Below are positions 61,687 through 64,000 of a stretch of 64,000 nt of DNA, one piece after another. The stretch is taken from positions 146,196,001 through 146,260,000 of the forward strand of contig NC_091978.1 in assembly GCF_044704955.1 (NCBI RefSeq), in the 5' to 3' direction. How positions within the stretch are numbered: position 1 is the stretch's first letter; each line of letters opens with the position of its first letter. A model generated the notes under the pieces. It did no database searches. It had not been told where the DNA came from and saw only the letters and a list, made by a program, of their open reading frames with translations. The translations under genes and the position numbers were made by a program. The stretch comes from Pristiophorus japonicus. Lineage: Eukaryota.

Positions 61687-62524
61687 GTTACATGTTCAGC
61701 CATGAACTCATTGAATGGCGGTGCAGGCTAGAAGGGCTGAATGGCCTACTCCTGCACTTATTTTCTATGTTTCTATGTTTCTATGCTTCCTCGGTGTGTT
61801 TTACATGCTTGATGTGATTGTGAGATATTATTCCTACAGGAAGATTAATAATTATCATTATCAGGAAATAATCATCAGTTGATAACCAGAAAATTCTGCC
61901 CTCAATATCTTTGTATTCTCCGTTTCTTCCTTGTTTAGCCATGAGTAATTCAGAATTTACATTCGCTATGTGACTTGCCTGGGCACAAAATATACATTTC
62001 CATTGTCTTCCTGAGCCTTCATTTGAACTAAGCCTCAGGGTTCTCTCGACTTAACCAAAATAAGCAAGTTAACAGTTGGGCACAAAACTGATTACAAAGA
62101 ATTGTCTTTTTTTCTTACATGGAACAGAATTAATATTTATGTATTTTGGGCAGCTGCTATGATTTACTACCTTGACCTTCAGCAAAGAACAATGATGCGA
62201 AAGTTAATGGGGAGATGTATTAAAAATAGACAAAAGCACCTGCATGCTAATACACAAATAAATATTCCTGGGTTAAGTGTGCCATCTCCACCAAGAAATT
62301 TCATTACTTTCCGAATCCATCTTTACCAAGTAATTTTATGTTTAACCGCCATCTCTGACAGGCTGACTACAGAGTTAAATGTAAGATATAGAATGTCAGT
62401 AATGTGTTCTCTTGTACTCTTGTGCACTTGTCAATAAACTACGGTTTTCATCATCCACACTCTACCTGGGTTTCATATTGCACGAAGAATTAATGGTGAA
62501 GTTGCTATATTTTATAAAATGTAT

Positions 62525-62940
62525 TAATTCAAGGGATGTGGATGTCACCGGAGGGCCAGCATTTATTGCCCATCCCTAATTGCCCTCGAGAAGGTGGTGA
62601 TGAGCCGCCTTATTCAATGTAACTGAGTGGCTTGCTCGGCCATTTCAGAATGTAGTTAAGAGTCAACCACATTGCTGTGGGTCTGGAGTCACATATAGGC
62701 CAGACGAGGTAAGGACGGTAGATTTCCTTCCCTGAAGGACATTAATGAACCACATAGGTTTTTACAACAATCTGCTAGTTTCGTAGTCACCATTACTGAA
62801 ACCAGCTTTTTATTCCAGATTTTTTAATTTCATTAACTGAATTTAAGTTCCCCAGTTTCCGTGATGGGATTTGAACTCATTTCACCGGATCGTTAGTCCA
62901 GGCCTCTGGATTACTCGTCCAGTGACATAACCACTCTGCT
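62525..62940 (-). mobile_element. SINE-like element: tRNA-like head plus LINE 3' tail
   Basis: Minus strand begins gtggttatgtcactggac..gagttcaaatccc and ends caccaccttctcgagggcaattagggatgggcaataaatgc, matching 10054-10092. Confidence 0.7.
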
Positions 62941-63013
62941 TATATATATATATTCCACTTAATCTTGCAAGAAGACAATTAAAACTTATTTGCTGATTTA
63001 TTCAAAACTCCGT

Positions 63014-63745
63014 GGCCTGGAGTTTCGACTCAATTGCATTGTTTTTTTGATGCAATTCCTCCAATATCGGCATAACTGCTGCAAAAGATTACAGAATTTT
63101 AAGCACAAATTATGTTCAGCGCAAATCGAATTTCCACGGTCTGTTGCGTTAGTTTTAAAACATTGCACTAGAAGCAGGCGCTGTCCACAAAACTGGCCAC
63201 ACCCCCAGGGTCAATTAAGCACAATTGGGAGTTTCCGCTAATTACGCTCATTTGCGGGCCTTCGAGGAGGCTCCAAAAATTAAACTGGATATTTTGGGCG
63301 TAAGGAAAGTAATAGGTACATTTTGCAAGGTTTTGAATTTCTTTTTAAATTTTCTAAGGAACCGAATACTGTACCCAAATCTAACTAGAAAATAGTTTTG
63401 TATATTTTTTCAAAATCATTTTCAATAATTTAAAATTGGCTTACTCACAGGTGGTGGATTGACAGGTGATTTAAAATGCGTATTTTTTGTGACAAATCCA
63501 TGTTCAGCTGTATTAATCAAACTTTACCAAGTTAACATTGTTAAATACGTAAGGGAATATTTTATAAAGCAAAATTAAGTAATATTAGTTTTTAAAACGC
63601 TGCCCAATTGAGCTGGTTAATGGCAGATTTTACGTTTGGTGATATGCAAATGAGATTGAGCAGAAACTCAGGGCAAAAAACACTTTTCAAAATGCTGCAA
63701 TTTGCACTGGAATCGCCATTATTCCCAAATCGGAAACTCTACTAC
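63014..63745. mobile_element. Probable MITE with AT-rich core; another GC-rich repeat follows to the window end
   Basis: Ends ggcctggagtttcg / cggaaactctact; architecture like 37457-38091. Confidence 0.45.
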
Positions 63746-64000
63746 ACTTTAAACCCATGGACCCGAAACATTTATAGATTATAAGTCCATGAAATTCAAT
63801 ACCTTTGCACTGGCAGTTAAGGCTGGTTTCGGGGAAAAAAATGGTGTCCGCCTCGCTTGCATCCACTTCAGGCCCAGCCCACGCTGGTCACCATCTTGGT
63901 AAGGGTGATAACGTGGGTGGGCCATGCATGCGCTGGCAGTATGCAATGTAGACAGTGATGTCACTCAGCATGTAACGCTGAGTTGATGCATGACCTGCCA

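Larger units (their letters stand above)
57640..61785 (+). mobile_element. Near full-length CR1-A LINE
   Basis: 5' UTR, ORF1, ORF2 (APE endonuclease + RT), 3' UTR and (ttctatgt)n tail. Confidence 0.96.

Overview
Eukaryotic, repeat-saturated DNA, most likely intergenic or intronic sequence from a cartilaginous fish (shark). The taxon is inferred from the repeat repertoire and was not checked. I could not support any host protein-coding exon, rRNA, tRNA gene or CRISPR array. The window contains about 18 CR1 LINE copies from at least three subfamilies, including one near full-length copy (57640-61785) with an intact Zn-finger/SGNH-esterase ORF1 and a broken ORF2. It also holds a complete but decayed Mag-type Ty3/Gypsy element (28002-33241; two LTRs, CAAC target-site duplication (TSD), tRNA-Ser primer-binding site) and a full-length but dead two-gene PIF/Harbinger transposon (42932-50458) with an intron-containing Myb/SANT gene, a convergent HARBI1-like transposase and three nested CR1 insertions. 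Several internally deleted Harbinger derivatives and MITEs, RTE and RTEX fragments, DeuSINE-like SINEs, an RTE-tailed non-autonomous element with a 3x24-bp higher-order array, and a 41-42-bp minisatellite born inside a SINE are also present. Nothing here is convincingly a new biological system; the best leads are possibly uncatalogued non-autonomous element families. Boundaries were read by eye and are approximate unless a TSD or terminal inverted repeat (TIR) is quoted.
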